Translations under genes and position numbers: made by a program
Part shown: piece after piece, positions 61,730-64,000 of the stretch
Layout: the number at the start of each line of letters is the position of its first letter
Position numbering within the stretch: position 1 is the stretch's first letter
From: Octopus sinensis
Lineage: Eukaryota
Direction: 5' to 3'
Assembly (NCBI RefSeq): GCF_006345805.1
Contig: NC_043013.1
Span: 53,568,001-53,632,000, forward strand
DNA length: 64,000 nt
Notes under the pieces: generated by a model
The model's database searches: none
What the model was told of the DNA's origin: nothing
The model's input: only the letters and a program-made list of their open reading frames with translations

Positions 61730-62621
61730 GAGAGGCGGTACCCAAAAGAAACCGGAATTTTGCATTATTATTTTATTTACGTGCTTTTGCTTCTTTACAC
61801 TTTTATCGCCTTCAAAGTATTCTCCATCTGAAGCAGTTCATCCAGGCGCCTTTCTCACCGTTCGAAGCAGTGCTGGAACTCTTGCGAAGTGATGCCTTTT
61901 AACGCCTCTGTTTTCTTTTTCTTCACCTCTTCCACATCGGCAAATTCCGTAACACCATCTTTCTTCACCGATGAATACCTACGAAAAAGGTCCGGATTAA
62001 CTTCCAGCTGTTCTTTCAGTTCATGGCACACATTCAGTCGTGACTGCTTTTGACCTTCCGGGAGTAAGCGAGACACACATTTTGTTACCAATCTTTTCCT
62101 TCGCAATTCCTCGCTCAAAATTCGTTGGCAGGAGCTCCATGGTACACCAGTCACATCAACAAGTTCGTTAGTCGTTCGGTGACCGTCCTGGAAGATCACT
62201 TCATGAATTTTCAGGTGTTCATTCATTCGGACGGTCGACGATCGTCCTGATTGAGGATGGTCCTCAAGTGATAAGTGAAGATTCCGAAAACGTGGAAACC
62301 ACAGGTAAACTTGTGTCTTGCTGATGCCTTGTAAGCTATTTGAAGGATGACAACTGATTCAGCTGCCGTTTTTACCGAAGAAAACAAACTTTCCCAGAAG
62401 CACGCTCTTCCTTCGTATCACCCATCACAAAAATCGACGAACAGGTGTTAGCATTATAAACCAAAGACTCACTACGTGGCAGTACGACATCATCAGATGA
62501 CGCCGGTCAACAGATTGATGCCTGAGGATCGCATCAAGTTGATTCTAGCGGCGGAAGCCCAAACTGCAACTGGTTTCTATCACAGAGAACGTTTTAGGTT
62601 ACTTTTGGCTACTCCCTCGTA
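61730..62621 (-). mobile_element. Mariner (DD34D-type) element, internally deleted
   Basis: TIRs GAGGCGGTACCCAAAAGAAACC (61732-) and GGTTACTTTTGGCTACTCCCTCGTA (-62621). HTH EVIFQDGHRTTNELVDVTG..SCQRILSEEL..KCVSRLL; C-terminus FADVEEVKKK.TEALKGITSQEFQHCFE...YFEGDK. Confidence 0.88.
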
Positions 62622-62676
62622 TATACCTATTTGTATATATATGAATACACACACACACAACACACACACACACACA

Positions 62677-62707
<31 letters not shown>

Positions 62708-63088
62708 CATATATTTTTATATATATATATATATACATATATATTATATATACACACATACATGCATATCATATGGGTGTGTGAGCATATATACCACACC
62801 TTTATATATATATCTATATATATATGTATGTATGTATGTATGTACGTATGTATGTATGTATGTATGTATGTATGTATGTATGTATGTATGTATGTATGTA
62901 TGTGTGTATGTATGCATGTGTGTATGCATACATGTGTTCATCTTTCCCTACCAGATATATATACATCATGCTTCCATCCTGACATTTTCCATTAAAATGA
63001 TTCACTGAATTAATATTTGTTTTGCGCTGTTGTCTACTTTTTTTTTTACTTTTTTCTCATTTCATGTCGATTTCTTTGATTTCATTGT

Positions 63089-63089
63089 T

Positions 63090-63159
<70 letters not shown>

Positions 63160-63160
63160 A
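63089..63160. repeat. (ATC)n microsatellite
   Basis: Read directly. Confidence 0.95.
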
Positions 63161-63392
63161 CATCATCGCTATTATTGTTGTTTGTAGTTATATTTTGACT
63201 TTATTTTTTTCAGTTATTTCTGAAGGAAAAGAAAACAAGCTCTGGGTATGTTGTGAGAGGATACAGTGAGAACATGAGTCGAAAAAGGAGAGAAAGAGAA
63301 ATGGAGACAGACAGAGAGAGGAGAGAGAGAGAGAGAGAGAGAAAGAGTGAAAGAGGGAAAAAAGAAGGAGAAAGAGAAAAATTGGTAGAGGA

Positions 63393-63423
<31 letters not shown>

Positions 63424-63785
63424 TTTGAAGGTAGGATAGGAATCATCTCTTTCGGATTAAAAGCAGATTACAAACCGCAGCCCGTTGAGACGTTTCAGCG
63501 ATTTGATTACTTTAACAGAACTGCTGCTTTCTAACTTGAGTGCAGTGAGTTGAAGAAAAGACCTGAAGAGAACTCTTTGGGTGGTAACGCTCTCACTTTG
63601 CTACACACTTTTAACTCAGAGCTGTGCATGTGTAAGTCCGTATAGTTCGCTTGCTGCTTCCACTCCAGGGCCACATAATCACGATATATATGTATATACA
63701 TACATATATATATGTATATGTATATATATGTATATATATGGTAAGCGAACTTTGATTATAGTATACACTCATACAGACATCCATA

Positions 63786-63818
<33 letters not shown>

Positions 63819-64000
63819 TATATATATATGTACATATATATATACACATATATATAAATATATATATACGTATACACACACACATATATATATATATGTA
63901 TGCATGTATGTATAAATGTATGTATCTGTATGTATATGTGTATATATGTAATATATCTAGGAAAATACATATGTGAGCGTGTATACGGATATATGCAATG

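Noticed and set aside
7922-63976. Dozens of ORFs rich in IY, YVCM, HT, LS, poly-I/L/N/K/R/S
   Set aside because: They are translations of (TA)n, (TACA)n, (CA)n, (GA)n, (GATA)n, (ATT)n, (GAA)n and (ATC)n arrays, with no coding signal.

Overview
AT-rich eukaryotic DNA packed with microsatellites and transposable elements. The three tRNA-derived SINE families, the very dense (TA)n/(CA)n/(TACA)n/(GATA)n/(ATT)n arrays and the retroelement mix look like an Octopus (coleoid cephalopod) intronic or intergenic region; this is an inference from remembered repeat families, not a database match. I cannot support any host protein-coding gene. Most track ORFs are microsatellite translations, and the informative ones are fragments of decayed elements. 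These include three Penelope-like elements (PLEs; RT plus C-terminal GIY-YIG), two R4/Dong-type RLE non-LTR elements, CR1-like and RTE-like LINE pieces, two internally deleted Tc1/mariner elements, an unclassified transposase-like relic, two foldback elements and about 20 SINE copies or fragments. The strongest signal is not in the ORF track: five type I hammerhead-ribozyme motifs of four architectures in the first 20 kb (302-392 +, 2460-2496 +, 3129-3217 -, 7729-7817 +, 19196-19239 -). Four lie in PLE terminal regions and one probably does. All have a palindromic stem III. Two carry a long stem II insertion and one has a compensatory U3-A8 core pair. Other notable points: an 873-bp inverted repeat bracketing a PLE whose ORF has two Asn-rich expansions, a covarying 3' hairpin-GAAAC shared by CR1-like LINEs and the main SINE family, and a SINE-head/LINE-tail chimera. 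All alignments and folds were done by eye.
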